NCBI GenBank assembly: GCA_008690995.1 | Contig: VRMN01000001.1 | Span: 2,418,001 to 2,482,000, forward strand | Length of the DNA: 64,000 nucleotides | From: Porphyridium purpureum | Lineage: Eukaryota | Direction: 5' to 3' | In this document: in pieces, positions 10,135 through 22,400 of the stretch | Layout: each line of letters begins with the position of its first letter | Position numbering within the stretch: the first letter of the stretch is position 1 | Notes under the pieces: model-generated | The model's database searches: none | What the model was told of the DNA's origin: nothing | The model's input: the letters and a program-made list of their open reading frames with translations, nothing else | Program-made: the position numbers and the translations under genes

Positions 10135-11316
10135 CTAAGGTGAACTGTTCCTGAGCTGCAAGTACTCAAGCGCGCTGCTAAAGAGTCTCGAGTTGCTCTT
10201 CAGTGCAGCAACCACTAGGCGGTTCTCGATACCGCTCCACGTCGTCCCACGATGCGACACGGTCGTCACTCGATATCCGCCCTGGCTTGGCATCCTGCTG
10301 GCGTCCGAGTGCCTTACGCCGTTGTAGCGTCCAATCTTCGTTGTGCACACGCGCTCGGAACATACATCAGCGTAGGTCCGCAGGTGCGTGCCAAGCATCA
10401 CGTCATTCAATTCCAGCACGTGGTCAGGCGTGCCGCAAGGCAAATCGTCGAGTCCCGAGATGCACAGCAGTTCACCAACGCCATCGCTAGAATGCACTTT
10501 CAGCAACCCACGCGCCTCGATCCACTCTGCATCCACACAAATGGGAGTCGGACTCGGTGTGGGCACTGGTGAAGGCGACGGACTCGGAGAGGACGTCGGA
10601 GTGCTTGCCTCTGTCGGATCTGGGCTCGGCGAACTTGACTCTGTCGGTTCTGGTGTTGGCACTGGACTTGGCGTCGGTGACGCTGGCGGAGTCGGAGACG
10701 GCGAAGGCGACGGTGTTGGCGACGGAGTCGCCGTCGGTTCCGGTGGCGGCACGGTCGGTCCTGGGGTCTCCGTCGGTCGGGGAGTCGGAGAACGCGTTGG
10801 CACCGGAGTTGGCGGAATCATTGGCTCCCTCGACGGGTCTGGCGGAGGAGGCCCAGGAGTCGGCGACGGCACGTCACTGCACGCGTAATCCGTCGTCTTG
10901 ACGCTGAACAAGAACGGGTCGCCTTCTGCTGACGCCGTATTGACTGTAGCACACAAGCTCGGGCTGATGGACCCTCCATTCACTTGAATTTGGAAGAAGG
11001 TACGACTGTCACCTTGGCACCCGGCGCGCGGGTATCCGAGCACCACCACACGGTCCGGATTATCGCACCGCACAGAGTTCAGCTTGACCGACATGATCAC
11101 AATTTCCGTGATGCCTGTAATCTCCGAGCCTTCTCGCCACACAAAGTCGTACGGCTCGCACACGCCCAGCACGAGGTCGAGCGAGTCGGCCGGCCCGGCA
11201 CAATTCTTCTGCAAGAAGATGTCGAGGCTGGCGCTCGACTGCGCCTGCGCCCAGCTCGCAACACCCGCCACGAGCACGGTGCATGCTAATACCTCTAATA
11301 ACTTCACAGCCCTCAT
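10135..11316 (-). CDS. Secreted Pro/Thr/Ser-rich (mucin/extensin-like) protein with Cys-containing N- and C-terminal domains
   Basis: ATG 11316 gives a signal peptide ([25 protein letters not shown]). Followed by a Cys-rich N-domain, a long (S/T)P linker and a C-terminal CVDAEWI...LC...CGTPDHVL...C...C domain. Confidence 0.8.
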   Translation of the reverse strand: MRAVKLLEVLACTVLVAGVASWAQAQSSASLDIFLQKNCAGPADSLDLVLGVCEPYDFVWREGSEITGITEIVIMSVKLNSVRCDNPDRVVVLGYPRAGCQGDSRTFFQIQVNGGSISPSLCATVNTASAEGDPFLFSVKTTDYACSDVPSPTPGPPPPDPSREPMIPPTPVPTRSPTPRPTETPGPTVPPPEPTATPSPTPSPSPSPTPPASPTPSPVPTPEPTESSSPSPDPTEASTPTSSPSPSPSPVPTPSPTPICVDAEWIEARGLLKVHSSDGVGELLCISGLDDLPCGTPDHVLELNDVMLGTHLRTYADVCSERVCTTKIGRYNGVRHSDASRMPSQGGYRVTTVSHRGTTWSGIENRLVVAALKSNSRLFSSALEYLQLRNSSP

Positions 11317-14035
11317 CTTTGCCTCTCTGTCCACAATCTCTCTCTCTCTCTCTCTCCTCTCTTTCTCCTTCCCCTTCGGCGTCAACCCCCCCGTGTGCCG
11401 TGTCTCTTATTTGGTTAGTAACCGATCCTGAGACCGATGCGGCTCCTCCGCACGCTCTTCTGCTAAATTGGCGTTCTGTGGTAGTGTACAGTCATATGAC
11501 ATCGTTTCCGGAAAACGGAGGCCGTTTCCGGTTACACGCTGCAGAGGAATGGGAGCACACTCAAGAAGCGTGGCAGCAACATGTTGGACTTGGCAGTCGT
11601 ACTCATGCGTTCTCCTACGAAGCGGCAGGAAAGACTGTGTGGTCAGCGCGCAGGAATGCTGAATGGCTGCTCGGCCGCTCGGTCAAGTCGCAAAGACGGG
11701 AACGGTTACGGCGATCGTTGCGAGTTTCCGCGCATGGTAAAGATCCATCAGTTGCTGCACTCTGGCTCGACCGTGGAGTCAGCAGAGGGCTCGGGCGGAC
11801 GGGTAACACCTCGCCTCGGCCGCCATCCTGCTTCTTGAGTGAGCCTCCCCGACCGATTTCCAACAGACATCTTTGGGCTTCCCATCATCCACGTGATACG
11901 ATGAGCTGAATATTGGTACCGCTTCTTCATGCTTGCTGTTTCAGGCATGGTAAGAGAGCATCCTTTTCAGACTTTGGCGTGCAAGTGTAGTACAAACGAG
12001 TGAGCTCATGCGAATTTGCGCTGCTTTCCACGCTTATTGGCTTATGGGCTTGGCATGGTTCCTTGTGGTCTCGATGATTGCCTGGACGGCTGTTTCGTAC
12101 CCCGCTTTCCCCATGACAGGACGCCTTGCCTGCGCAGAATACATCTGTTCTGTCACTACATAATGCATGCGTTCACCGTCTCGGTTTGGTGGAGGATAAT
12201 TACGGCAGGGACGCTTTCCAGTCTTCGTTGGAAAGGATCGAGAGGCAAAGTATGGTCTTCATCCTTCAGTGGCATTGGTCGCAAACGCACGGGGCCTTAC
12301 GCAGCAACGCCTGACTCTGCTTAATTTGGCGGCAGGAGCTCTGTAGACCGAAGCGTCATGATGCTGCAAAAGCAGTTGCGCGTCCTCGCCTCTTTCGCAG
12401 CTCACTTGGTTCAGCTCCAAGTCTTAGCTTTGGTGCAGTTTGGAGTCTGGGAAGACGCGACCCACCAAAAAAACAATCTGAAAACTTGATCTGCGGCTCG
12501 CGCCGCATCGTGGACACGCTTCACGACGTGCCTATCACATTTCGTGGAAGCACTCGGCGCCAGATGTCTTGCATTTTCATTTCATGAGATGTAGATCCAA
12601 GAGAGGAAGCCATGGCGCACGCGGGCCGCTGATGTATGATAGAAATCCGCAGTGCTGTCGTCAGCGAAAAGGAACACGTGACATCACAAACACGTGGTGA
12701 AAAATGCGCGGGTACATGCCACAAGACCATCTCTCTCAGTGTGCGATTGATCCTCGCATCAGAAGCTGCATTGGTGTCATAGGTTGGCGACGTTCAAGTT
12801 CGCTTTCATCTGACTTGACACACGGCCCGGCCAAAAGGCTGGAAGGGGGGACCGCAAGGCGTGCGTGGCTGTGAAGCATCTGCTTTGTTTTTTGCGCCAC
12901 TTGATTTCGACGTGATAGGACCGCCTTCATCGCCGTCGGGCTGTAAATCAAAAGTGCGGGTGAGAGTACCTCCTCCGTGTTTGTCGAACTATGGCACACG
13001 GTGAGGATCGAACGTTAACGGCAAGGATTGTGTTTGAGGTTTGTTTTTCTTTAGTGCGGTTCGGTTTTTCATTTCCATATGATAGCTGCCTCAAAGCAAA
13101 TGACTTTGTATTGGACGCACCGTATGACCACGACCAACATCTGCCGCCATGTGCATCGACTGATTGGGTTACACGACGTTGATGTAATTTCAAGCTTGGA
13201 AGGGCGAGGAAAAAACGAAGACTCGAAGCTTCGCACGGAAATGCTTGTCGTTTGGAGCATGCCCGGCCACTGTCGCGCCGCAGGAAGTTTCTTGGCCGTT
13301 GTTCGTCAAGTTGACGAGCTCGAGTGAGAGTCATTGCTCGCAGCACGCCAATGTGTGGGGTGAGCTGCAATTCCGTGTACTCGGGCACTAAAGCGGGAGC
13401 CCAACAAGATGTCTCGAGACTGTATTCTGTTTTTGGAACCGGCCCGAGACGCACGATCGAAAAAAGACTCGGGACCGCTTCCTACGCAGGTGCTGATGTA
13501 CGAGCGCGCTGGCAGCGGCACGACGCTTGTACCGATCACGCCGGCCAGAAGGCGCGGCGAGTCACAGAGCTCCGGTGACAGTGGTGGCTTCTCGCGCTGC
13601 CACATGTGGTTGAGCAAGTAGGACAATTTGTCGTGCAACGCAGTCGCTCGGCATAGCGAGAGCCAGTGGACGCACCCCGCGAAATTCTATTTGCCATTGC
13701 GCACTGGGCTGCAGCTTCATTTGCGAAGCACATGTCATTTCGGCCGCGCATGCAACGCGCCAGCCGACTTTTGCGCTGCGCAGGTTGCGCACATCCTGGA
13801 CTTGTTAGCACAATCCACAGCGCGCAACTCGCTGCAGCCCATCCGATGGAGCGAGCTGAGCGACATCTTGTACGATTTGTCTACGGGATAGGAGCTCAAG
13901 TTCACAAGCTAATGCACCGATGCACCACTGCAAATTCTGAACAAACCGCAGCTCGTTGACCTGCCTAGGTAAATGTAAAAGAGGGATCGCCACCTGCTCC
14001 CCAAATGCTGGTGGAGCTGAGAGAATTTATGGTGG

Positions 14036-15313
14036 ATGGAGAGGCGGGGGTTCGCATTTAGCTTTGCTGGCACGGCAACCGCGCAAATTGCGCAGGTGCG
14101 GCGACGGCGCATAAATTGGATTTGCAGCGCCGGCGAGCGCGGCCAGATTAAGCTCGAGCCGCACTCGCTCTCGAAGCGGCATCTCGCCGGCGTGACGCAT
14201 GGTGTGGTCTTCTTAAAGCCCGCTGGGCGTGGCATCGAATCCGCCGCCGCTAACGGTGACCGGTGTGTGCCTCTGCCACTGACATCGGCCACGCAGCGAG
14301 AGCTCTTTGAATTGTTGTTGTGTCTCAGGCGCCCTTTTGAGGACGTTCGTGACACGCAGGATCAGGTACCGCGGCGACGGTTCGGTGCTGTGTTTTATGT
14401 TTTGAGCAGGCTCAACGGAATTTATGATACCTTTTTCCAGAACACATCCGCGGCACGCAAGAATGACGCAATTCGCGCCGTGTGGAAGTTACCCAAAGGC
14501 GTGCACGAGCTTCAGGTGCTTGCCATCCTGCTCGAGAAATCGGGATCCAGGGTTGGTGCCGCAATATTGGAGGAGCAAGAGTCGACCCGCTCTGACAGTT
14601 TACGTCTAAGTGTCCGTGTGGAATGGTCCACGGAGCTCAGCGAGGCGACAGAAGCGGCGCCTTCCAATTTCCTACCCATTCCACCGACACCCAAGTCGTC
14701 GTTTGGCGCCGAAATTCTTCCGTTGTGCTGCTTTTTGGGCGCACAGATTTTCGCTTCTCGCGAGGTCTTTGACATCAGCGGTGTCCGTGTGAATGGCTCG
14801 TTTCTCGGGATTGACTCAGAGTTCGCAGATGCGTCCGACCTGCGCATGTACACAGACTCAGACCGACGGCAGGATGGCACTGCCAGCGTCGCGCGTCTAG
14901 AAACACCTGTGCTTGAGACAATTTCCGTTGAGCAACTCGAAATGTTGTCCCGCGCAGAGCTAGTGCGTATTCTACGCCAATCAAAAGTGGCGGCGAAGTC
15001 GTCGGCGTCCAGGGAGGAGCTCATTGCTTTGGCTCTTCCGTATATGGATGAAATTCAGCGTCGTTTGTGGAATATGGCACGGGCGGTGGAGGCGCAGGAT
15101 TTTGGTCGTGCAGCCATGCTAGAGCAGGGTAAGTCGGCTCGCCATCGTGCTTACGACCAACTCAACAAAGCTGTCGAGCTGGAAAACTATGCGGCAGCTC
15201 AGCTGTGGTTGTCTGAGTTCCAGATTTTAACTCGGCAACGGCATGATATCACCCAAGACGAAGGATCTTATGATCGCGATTTGGATGCAGATCCGTGGTA
15301 TCGGCCGCAGTAA
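14036..15313 (+). CDS. Probably plastid-targeted protein, bifunctional-nuclease(DUF151)-like/UVR-like architecture
   Basis: 425-aa ORF with a GFAFSF transit-peptide-like start. Two UVR-like helices (AVEAQDFGRAAML; AVELENYAAAQ) and a C-terminal DITQDEGSYDRDLDADPWY. The family assignment is from memory only. Confidence 0.55.
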   Translation: MERRGFAFSFAGTATAQIAQVRRRRINWICSAGERGQIKLEPHSLSKRHLAGVTHGVVFLKPAGRGIESAAANGDRCVPLPLTSATQRELFELLLCLRRPFEDVRDTQDQVPRRRFGAVFYVLSRLNGIYDTFFQNTSAARKNDAIRAVWKLPKGVHELQVLAILLEKSGSRVGAAILEEQESTRSDSLRLSVRVEWSTELSEATEAAPSNFLPIPPTPKSSFGAEILPLCCFLGAQIFASREVFDISGVRVNGSFLGIDSEFADASDLRMYTDSDRRQDGTASVARLETPVLETISVEQLEMLSRAELVRILRQSKVAAKSSASREELIALALPYMDEIQRRLWNMARAVEAQDFGRAAMLEQGKSARHRAYDQLNKAVELENYAAAQLWLSEFQILTRQRHDITQDEGSYDRDLDADPWYRPQ

Positions 15314-15362
15314 AGTGGTTGCAGCTGGTCAAGGTTAGCGATGTGTTGAAGGGAAGTTTGTT

Positions 15363-17498
15363 CTACTCCGAGGTCCCCCGATACTTGGCCTGGAGCGATT
15401 TTGCAACATCAAAGTTGCCAACACGCTCCTCGTTCCGGATCCACGTATTCCATGTGCTCTCGCGGCCGCGATCAAGAATCAATGAGCCGGCCAAGAGCTT
15501 CCGTGCGGCATCCACATTCCCTAGCTGGAACTCAACGTCACCCAGCGCGGCTAGGCTACCTGGCTCGCGACTGTTCAGCATGACACACTTGCGAAACGTA
15601 TCCCGTGCGGCTATTAGCTCGCCTTCATTGATGCAGATCATTCCAAGCTTGTACATAGCAGCAATATTGCTCTGGTCCAAGTTCGTCACAATATCGAGGA
15701 GAAGCTGCTTCGCCTTGGCCTCATTACCCAGCGATGTCTCCACGTCCGCGAGAAGGTGCTTGCACTTAATCATCTGCGTGCGCGACATTTTGAGCTGCAA
15801 GGCTCTGTGCAGAGCCTGCTGAGCACGGGAATACTCACCCTCCTGGAGCAAGACCTTGGCCCACGTTCGTAAAATGCGATGCCGCTCAGTTTCCGGAACC
15901 GAGCTTACCGCTTGTGCGTGAATTTCGTAGCAGCGCTCCGCATTTCCGCGCCTATGCTCTAGGGACGCGTAGTCGATCCACAACGTCACGGCGCCTGGAT
16001 AGAGCTTCGTGCCGATTTGGTACACGTAACTAACGCATGCCGGGTGAGCCACACGCTCATTCAATGCCCAGTGTTGTACCATTGCATGATCAGTATCCTG
16101 CTCGTACGCGTCAGTAAAGATTGTGCGTGCGCGGTCCAGCTGGCCCTGTCGAAACTCGAACGAACCTGCTGACAGAAGCAATTTGACATGGCGCGGATGC
16201 TTCAGCATAGCTTGCGCAAATAGCTCTCTTGCTGCATCTACGCAGCCAAGCTTTTCCTCAAGCTCGGCCCACGCAAGTAGTATAGGGGCAGAGAACGGAA
16301 ACGCGGTCGCACCGGCCGCTAGCAGCGCGCGGGCTCGTTCGGGGTCGTTACACAGCTCGTATTCCATATTTGCCCACGCGGTCATAGAAGGCGCAAACGA
16401 AGGATCGAGCTGAGCGGACCGCCGCCACAGAGTGCGTGCTTCCCGAACACATCCCAGCTTGGCGTACATCTCAGCAAGCGCCTGGATCAAAAACTGGTCC
16501 GCAAATTTGCGGTTTTCGCAGCCGGCTAGGTACACGCGCAGCGCCTCTTCGTCCTCGCCTAGCGATCTGAGTAACTCGCCGTAACTGCTGATCAAGAAGC
16601 GATGATGTCCGATAAATTTGATCGCATCTTCGTACACCAGCTTGGCGGCGCCCACGTTCTTCAGTTGCCTCTCCAGCATCGCGAGCTTGATCCAAGCTTT
16701 CGCAAAGCGTGGATGCGATTTTGTGCACTGAGTAAGTGTCGAGCGCGCCTCGTTCCAAAGCGAGTACCGCATTTGATGCTCCGCTAATTCAACCAGGTAC
16801 GACTCGCTGGCGGTCTCGAGCCATCCCTGCCGCTGCTCTTGAATCAGCGCTTCATTTTTCCGAGTGAACGGTGCGCCACCACGAGTCGATACGGATCTCG
16901 CGAACCCCGTATTACCCCGAAGCACGCCGTCTTTTGCCGGAGTAAAAGAGCGCGGAGACTGTGTCGCGTTGGCATACGGGCCGGACAAAGCAACGCTCTT
17001 CCTTGCAACTGCCGGTCGGACTGGCGGCGGAAAAGAGGCTGCTTGCTGGGTATCCCCATCGGCCGAAACTTCCTTGCGCCTAGGTACAGGGATGGAGGCT
17101 CTCGCCGCACCCAGATTGTCGACAGTCTCTCCGCGCTGGCTTGGAACCGCCAAGCTCGCACCTTCGTCCGCTCCGCCATGTAAATTCCTGCCTGGACCCG
17201 CATCATGTCGCGATACTTTGAACTGGCGGTGGTTCAACCTCCGCAGTTTGCGAGTCTTTTTCCGACTGCTCCCTGCGGGTGACTTTTCGTACTTGGCACC
17301 TTCCGAACTGGTGTCGGTCCCGGATAACGTGAGCGACGTGCTTCCGCCAAACTCTCGCTGGTTGTCTGCACCGCAGCGTGTCCCACTCGCCCGCGAGCGC
17401 GGCAATCGCAGAAAGGCGTTTGCTGCATTTAGTCTACGCGACGATTGCTGTGCAGTCAGAGCCGGGCCATAACCCACAAAACATACCCGCGTCCCCAT
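15363..17498 (-). CDS. HAT/TPR-repeat RNA-binding protein (HCF107/Mbb1-like), likely plastid-targeted
   Basis: Transit-peptide-like N-terminus (CFVG...). Repeated HAT/TPR units (AWIKLAMLERQL.N...A..VY; AWANME; LAWAELEEKLG..DAARELF; LWIDYASLE). Confidence 0.75.
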   Translation of the reverse strand: MGTRVCFVGYGPALTAQQSSRRLNAANAFLRLPRSRASGTRCGADNQREFGGSTSLTLSGTDTSSEGAKYEKSPAGSSRKKTRKLRRLNHRQFKVSRHDAGPGRNLHGGADEGASLAVPSQRGETVDNLGAARASIPVPRRKEVSADGDTQQAASFPPPVRPAVARKSVALSGPYANATQSPRSFTPAKDGVLRGNTGFARSVSTRGGAPFTRKNEALIQEQRQGWLETASESYLVELAEHQMRYSLWNEARSTLTQCTKSHPRFAKAWIKLAMLERQLKNVGAAKLVYEDAIKFIGHHRFLISSYGELLRSLGEDEEALRVYLAGCENRKFADQFLIQALAEMYAKLGCVREARTLWRRSAQLDPSFAPSMTAWANMEYELCNDPERARALLAAGATAFPFSAPILLAWAELEEKLGCVDAARELFAQAMLKHPRHVKLLLSAGSFEFRQGQLDRARTIFTDAYEQDTDHAMVQHWALNERVAHPACVSYVYQIGTKLYPGAVTLWIDYASLEHRRGNAERCYEIHAQAVSSVPETERHRILRTWAKVLLQEGEYSRAQQALHRALQLKMSRTQMIKCKHLLADVETSLGNEAKAKQLLLDIVTNLDQSNIAAMYKLGMICINEGELIAARDTFRKCVMLNSREPGSLAALGDVEFQLGNVDAARKLLAGSLILDRGRESTWNTWIRNEERVGNFDVAKSLQAKYRGTSE

Positions 17499-17967
17499 GT
17501 TTACTCCTTGTCGTTAAGACCCGTTCGTCTTCGCTCTAAGTTTAAGAAAAGGTTTTCTCATGTCTCGGATTAGTCTGGGAGTCGAGGGCGGTCAGAACGA
17601 CAGCATTTAATCCATTGCCTGAGGGCAAAAAGATTCGGCACCCGCCGGGTCTTCCGCGGGCGTCCTATTGGTCGGAGTATGCTTTGTGGTCAGAGCCGCA
17701 CTTGGCGAGAGCGAACGTGAAGAAGCATTCGGCGAGTTTTCCTGGGAAGCGTGGGTGGCACTAATCCATGAGTTGCGCCGAAAGCCGGTATCACACCACT
17801 CATCTTTGCGCAGCGCCTGCCTTTGCTCTGGCGTGCATTTTTGCTTGAACATCGACGGCTCATAGACGAGGCTGTCGTCGGCAAATGAAGATTTCGGGCG
17901 ACGAGGCGTAGTCACGTAAGCCAACTATGGTCTAAGGACATGAGTCGAGAGACACGCAACTACATAC

Positions 17968-19056
17968 CTATTTCCCGATTTCGTAGAATACGTTCATGAC
18001 ATCACATTGGAAGGGAATATTGCGGAATTTCGTGAAACCCGCCCGCTCGCTCATTTCACGAGCTTTTTGTTCGTGAAACCCCAGTGTTCCGAGCCCAGCA
18101 CCTTCAGGAACCGACAACCCAGAGGACATACACACCAGAAGAGAAAAGCCATACGCAAGTGGTGCGATGGGATTTTCTTTCATGTTCAGAGCAAATGTTT
18201 GCTTGCCTTGGATATCCGCACACAACCAAATACCGTCCGGTTTCAGAGAGCGAAAGATCGCATCAATCAAGCCTTTCGGATCCGTCGTGTCATGAACGAC
18301 ATCAAACGTTGTCACAAGGTCCAGGCTCCCGTCTTGTGGCAAGGGATGATCGATCGGATTGTAAAGTTCGATGTTCGAGACGCCGCTACGGTCTACATTG
18401 ATCCTTGCGCGGTGTAGCGCGTACTTACAAATATCATAAGCTGCAAATTTGCTCTGCGGAAACGCCTTTGCCATTGCGATTGTTGAAGTAGCTGCGCCGC
18501 AGCCCACGTCAGCAACCGCGGCCCCCGCGGCCAGTCGCTCCGTGACCCTGTCGACCTGCGGTAGCAGATCAGGCACTAGGTGGTTTGCTTCGAGGTTGCG
18601 CGTCAGCTTTTCAATTCCGCACATGCACGCTTCACCCTTTTGATCATAGGTCTGCCCAAGGCCCGTGCGGAAGCTCTCCGGAAGGTCTTTGACAGTTTCT
18701 AACAGCGCCATCACGGTCTGAAGTAGGCCCCCCATGTAAGCCGCATGGTTTTCGTTGGTCAAAACAATCTCTGCCTCGGGAGTCAAAAGGAACGTGTCAT
18801 CAGCTTCGACATACTCAATCTGCCCATTGCAAGCTTGGTGGTACAACCATTCGCGCACCCAGCGTTCCGACAAGTTGGTTTTCGCAGCCAGCGCCACACT
18901 GTTGACGGGTCCTGAAGACGCCAACGCCTTGTACAGGCCGAGCTGGTCGCCCACGAGCGTGAGGGCACAGTTCATGGCGCCAACGGCGCTGCCAGAGACC
19001 CTTCCCGCAAAAGCCATGAGCTTTTCGGGATCTGCTGTTGCTGCCGTCGTCCCCAT
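17968..19056 (-). CDS. Class I SAM-dependent methyltransferase with N-terminal winged helix (Rv2258c-like)
   Basis: VGDQLGLYKALA...LAAKTNLSERWVREWL N-terminal wHTH, SAM motif VADVGCGAA, FDVVHD, and YGFSLLVCMSSGLS..GAGLGTLG...AGF. ATG is at 19056; the track start is TTG. Confidence 0.88.
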   Translation of the reverse strand: MGTTAATADPEKLMAFAGRVSGSAVGAMNCALTLVGDQLGLYKALASSGPVNSVALAAKTNLSERWVREWLYHQACNGQIEYVEADDTFLLTPEAEIVLTNENHAAYMGGLLQTVMALLETVKDLPESFRTGLGQTYDQKGEACMCGIEKLTRNLEANHLVPDLLPQVDRVTERLAAGAAVADVGCGAATSTIAMAKAFPQSKFAAYDICKYALHRARINVDRSGVSNIELYNPIDHPLPQDGSLDLVTTFDVVHDTTDPKGLIDAIFRSLKPDGIWLCADIQGKQTFALNMKENPIAPLAYGFSLLVCMSSGLSVPEGAGLGTLGFHEQKAREMSERAGFTKFRNIPFQCDVMNVFYEIGK

Positions 19057-19460
19057 TTCCAGCCCGCGGAATCCAGACGACTGACTAGCGAGCTGTATTC
19101 TTCCTGAAAGATTCTGCAAGTGTACGAGTGCGTCCAAGTCTGTTCATGTGCCTTGCGCGTCTGAAATTCTAGAGTGCGCCATCCGCCAGCTGCAGGCTCA
19201 GAGGCGCCGACGCGCATTTTTATAGACCCATGCGCAAGTCGCACGCCGCTATGTGATATGTGGAACAAAGAGTCGGCGTCATGCGTGAAACAACACGATC
19301 GCCCTCGCGTGATTCGGCGCGCGCGTGAGCGCCAGCGCACCAAATGCGGGCCACGAGCTCGAATCAGTGTACCGCACGCCGAGCAGCAAGTACAGCGAAA
19401 TATGTCTATCGAAAATGACGCGCTTCACTGGCGACGCTGCACGCCCGGCGCCCCTGCTTC

Positions 19461-22400
19461 CTAACGAACAATGGGGTCTTTTCGACCCCCCTTGTTCACA
19501 TTCACCATGCTCTTAAAGCCCGACGTGATGCTGCTGCTCAATTTCTTCCCGACGGCAGAGATTTTCGGCTGCTGCAATGCAGTGGGCAGCGATGGCGATG
19601 GCGAGCCATCAGACACGCCTCGCCCAGCCTCGGACGATTCGCTCAGCATCGGACCGTCCTGGCCGTCTGTCGCCGCGCTTGAGGTACGATTAGCGGCGCG
19701 ATGACTCTCCGTGCGGCCGCGGGGGACCACGCCAAAAAAACCGCGCGATTTACCGCCCCCGCGCGGCGACACCGCGTCCGCAACTGATGCACCACCGCCC
19801 GCCAGGCCGGCTTCATTCCCGTTCACCGGCACAGACGCAGACTGGCTGCTCGTCACCGATCGTGGGTGGATCCATGAGCTGTCATTGTTGATACCCTCAC
19901 TGTGCACGCCAACAGCTGCGTCGTCGGACGCCCGAACTTTCCCCCCAAATATACCGCTTATCATTTGAGCGGGCTTTCCAGGGCCAGATTCTTTCGAGGT
20001 GCGCTTCGAGCCGCGCAGATTCAGCATGCCCGTCTGCCGCCCATCTTTGCTCGGGGCGGTCGCGCCAATTCCGCAATCAGATGGATCGCGCTCGGCCGTG
20101 GGGCCCAACCCCTTGAGACTGTTCAGGGCATCGTCATCATCCCGAATACCATCGTGACGCGGCGTGCGAGAGCCGTTGGAAGATGCACGAAAGCGTCCCG
20201 AAATCTTTTCTGAAAACGAGCTCATTTTGGCGCTGCTGTTCTCTATCTGGCGCGATAAAGTTCTTCCACGTGTATTACGGCCGGACGAAGTGTGCGCGGC
20301 AGTCGCTGAAGAGACCGTCGTTTTGCCGCTGGCGTCACGAGCTCCCATGGTTCCCTCGGTTAGCGCACTGTCATTCGAAGCCGCTCGGGACACCGATTCG
20401 ATTCCATCCTTTTCTATCGGGGCGTCTGATCCTGCCGTCAGACGATCTGGAACCTTGCGCATGAGATCATCTTCATCCAAGCCGACTTTGCCGTCTTTCG
20501 CGTCCAGATCCTCGGACACTGATGTTGAATCCCAACGTCGCGCGCGGGCTACCACTGAGATCTTGCTAACGTCCTCACTGCGTGGCGATAAAACCCCGCT
20601 CTTGATTGACGGTTCCTTGATCTCCGACAATGCCACACTCCCACCGCGTAAGAGACTTTGAATTTCGTCCCTTCCGCCTTCAAATACAGAGTCTTCAGAT
20701 TTGCTATCTTGAGCTTCAAAATTACCACTGCCTTCGGCATCGTCCGCACCGACTGCGCCCAGTTCCATCTTTTCCCTTTGCTTCTCAGGACTCGACATTC
20801 TCGGCGGTGAGCGCACGGCCGAGGCCCAAGCCGCATCCATCTTGCTCGGCGCCACATCAGCCTTCTGTTCTCCTGGTGCCTGTTCGGAGGATGACGGCGG
20901 TAAAACCGGTGTCTGCGGTTTGGGCATTCTGCTGTTACCCCAGCCGATGGCTTGTGCGGCACCAAGAACCATCCCTGGGTTCTTGGCAGCGGAACCCTGC
21001 GGCTGCAAGTCCGGAACACCCACTGCACGTTTAGGTACCATCAAGGGAGTTTCGTCGTGTGGGACATCTTCCTCCTCGTCTGCATCTGCGTACTTTAGCA
21101 CACTATCGACACTTGTGAACCTGGCGTTGCTCGCTGCTGTCACAAAGGAACGATCGCTGCCCGTACTGGGCAACCGCGACTGCACGGCGCTCCCCTTTGC
21201 GCTCCTTCGCAAGGTCTGCGCGGTGGCGGCCGGCGCTTGTCTCTGCTCGTGTACACTTCTGTTCCGCTCCAGCGGTACAATGTCTTCGTCACTTACTTCA
21301 ATAACGTTCTCGTACTGCGGAGCTTCTGCGCTCGGCCCCGTTGCGACGCTCGTGATTCCAGTCGTCGCAGCTCCCACGCCGTCACTGCTTCTGGAAACCC
21401 CTGACGATGGATTCGTCTTGCTGGACGGCCCTTCCGCTGCCGAACCATGCTGCGTTGTGTTTTCAGCTTGCCGCTGACTTTCTCGTTTCAAGTCTTGCTG
21501 TGTCTGCAGAGGTCTGACAGCGACGCCCGCATTCAAACCTGAAAGGTCCAGACTTCTATCGTCCACCGAGACCTGAGTTTCGGCTGGTGTGCTCACGGCA
21601 CCCGCCCGCGGTACGGGAGAGGCCGACGACGGAGACGCGTGAGCTTTGCCAAATGGCGATGACGAATCCGACATTCTCTTCTTCCCGACTGAAGCCAGCG
21701 AGGCCAGCAGTCCACCAATGGGCTGCTCCTTCTTCTTGGACTTTTTCGAGCTCGTAGAGCTACCTGCACGTGCTAGCCCTAACCCCGTCGCCGCGTCTGG
21801 CGACTCGACGCCTACTTGTGATTCAGAATCGAGCAAGTTCGCTATGATGGCGCCCTGCCAGTTCGCAGCTGCGGGATCGTTGCCACGAGGGCTCATGACT
21901 CGCTGTCGCGACGAATCCGTATTGATCCGGATGAGAAGGTGCGCCGGAAGATTGGCGGCGGAGGTGCTGCCGTCAGAATGTCGTGGCGGTATATCCACGC
22001 TCGGATCCGACAGGTCAAAATTATAATCTCCCGGCTTGAACAAGCCATCGTTGCTCACTTTATGCTGAAGCACTCGTCCACCGGAGGAAATCTCAACATC
22101 GTCGCGCACAGTGTCCTGGCGGAGTTCTGAGTACTTGGAATCCGCACCGTGCGACGTCTTGACACGCTGAAAATAAAGATTGGAGCGGGGCTGGCCGACG
22201 TGCTTGACCATCCACGCATGGCATCTTACTTGCGTCGCACGCGGCCGCGTTTCGGGTTCCTTGATTAAGATGGCCTGCACGAACGATCGGGCTTCCGGCG
22301 AGTACTTGTTCCAGCGTTCATCTTCCCAATTGATATCAACATACTTAATTTTGCGCAAGGTGGCGGTCTCATCCTCCGCATGAAACGGCGTCTCGCCCAG

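Noticed and set aside
11400..14000. Many short ORFs and a possible C/D snoRNA near 12357-12481
   Set aside because: No motifs or paralogy seen; box C is imperfect (ATGATGC) and there is no terminal stem.
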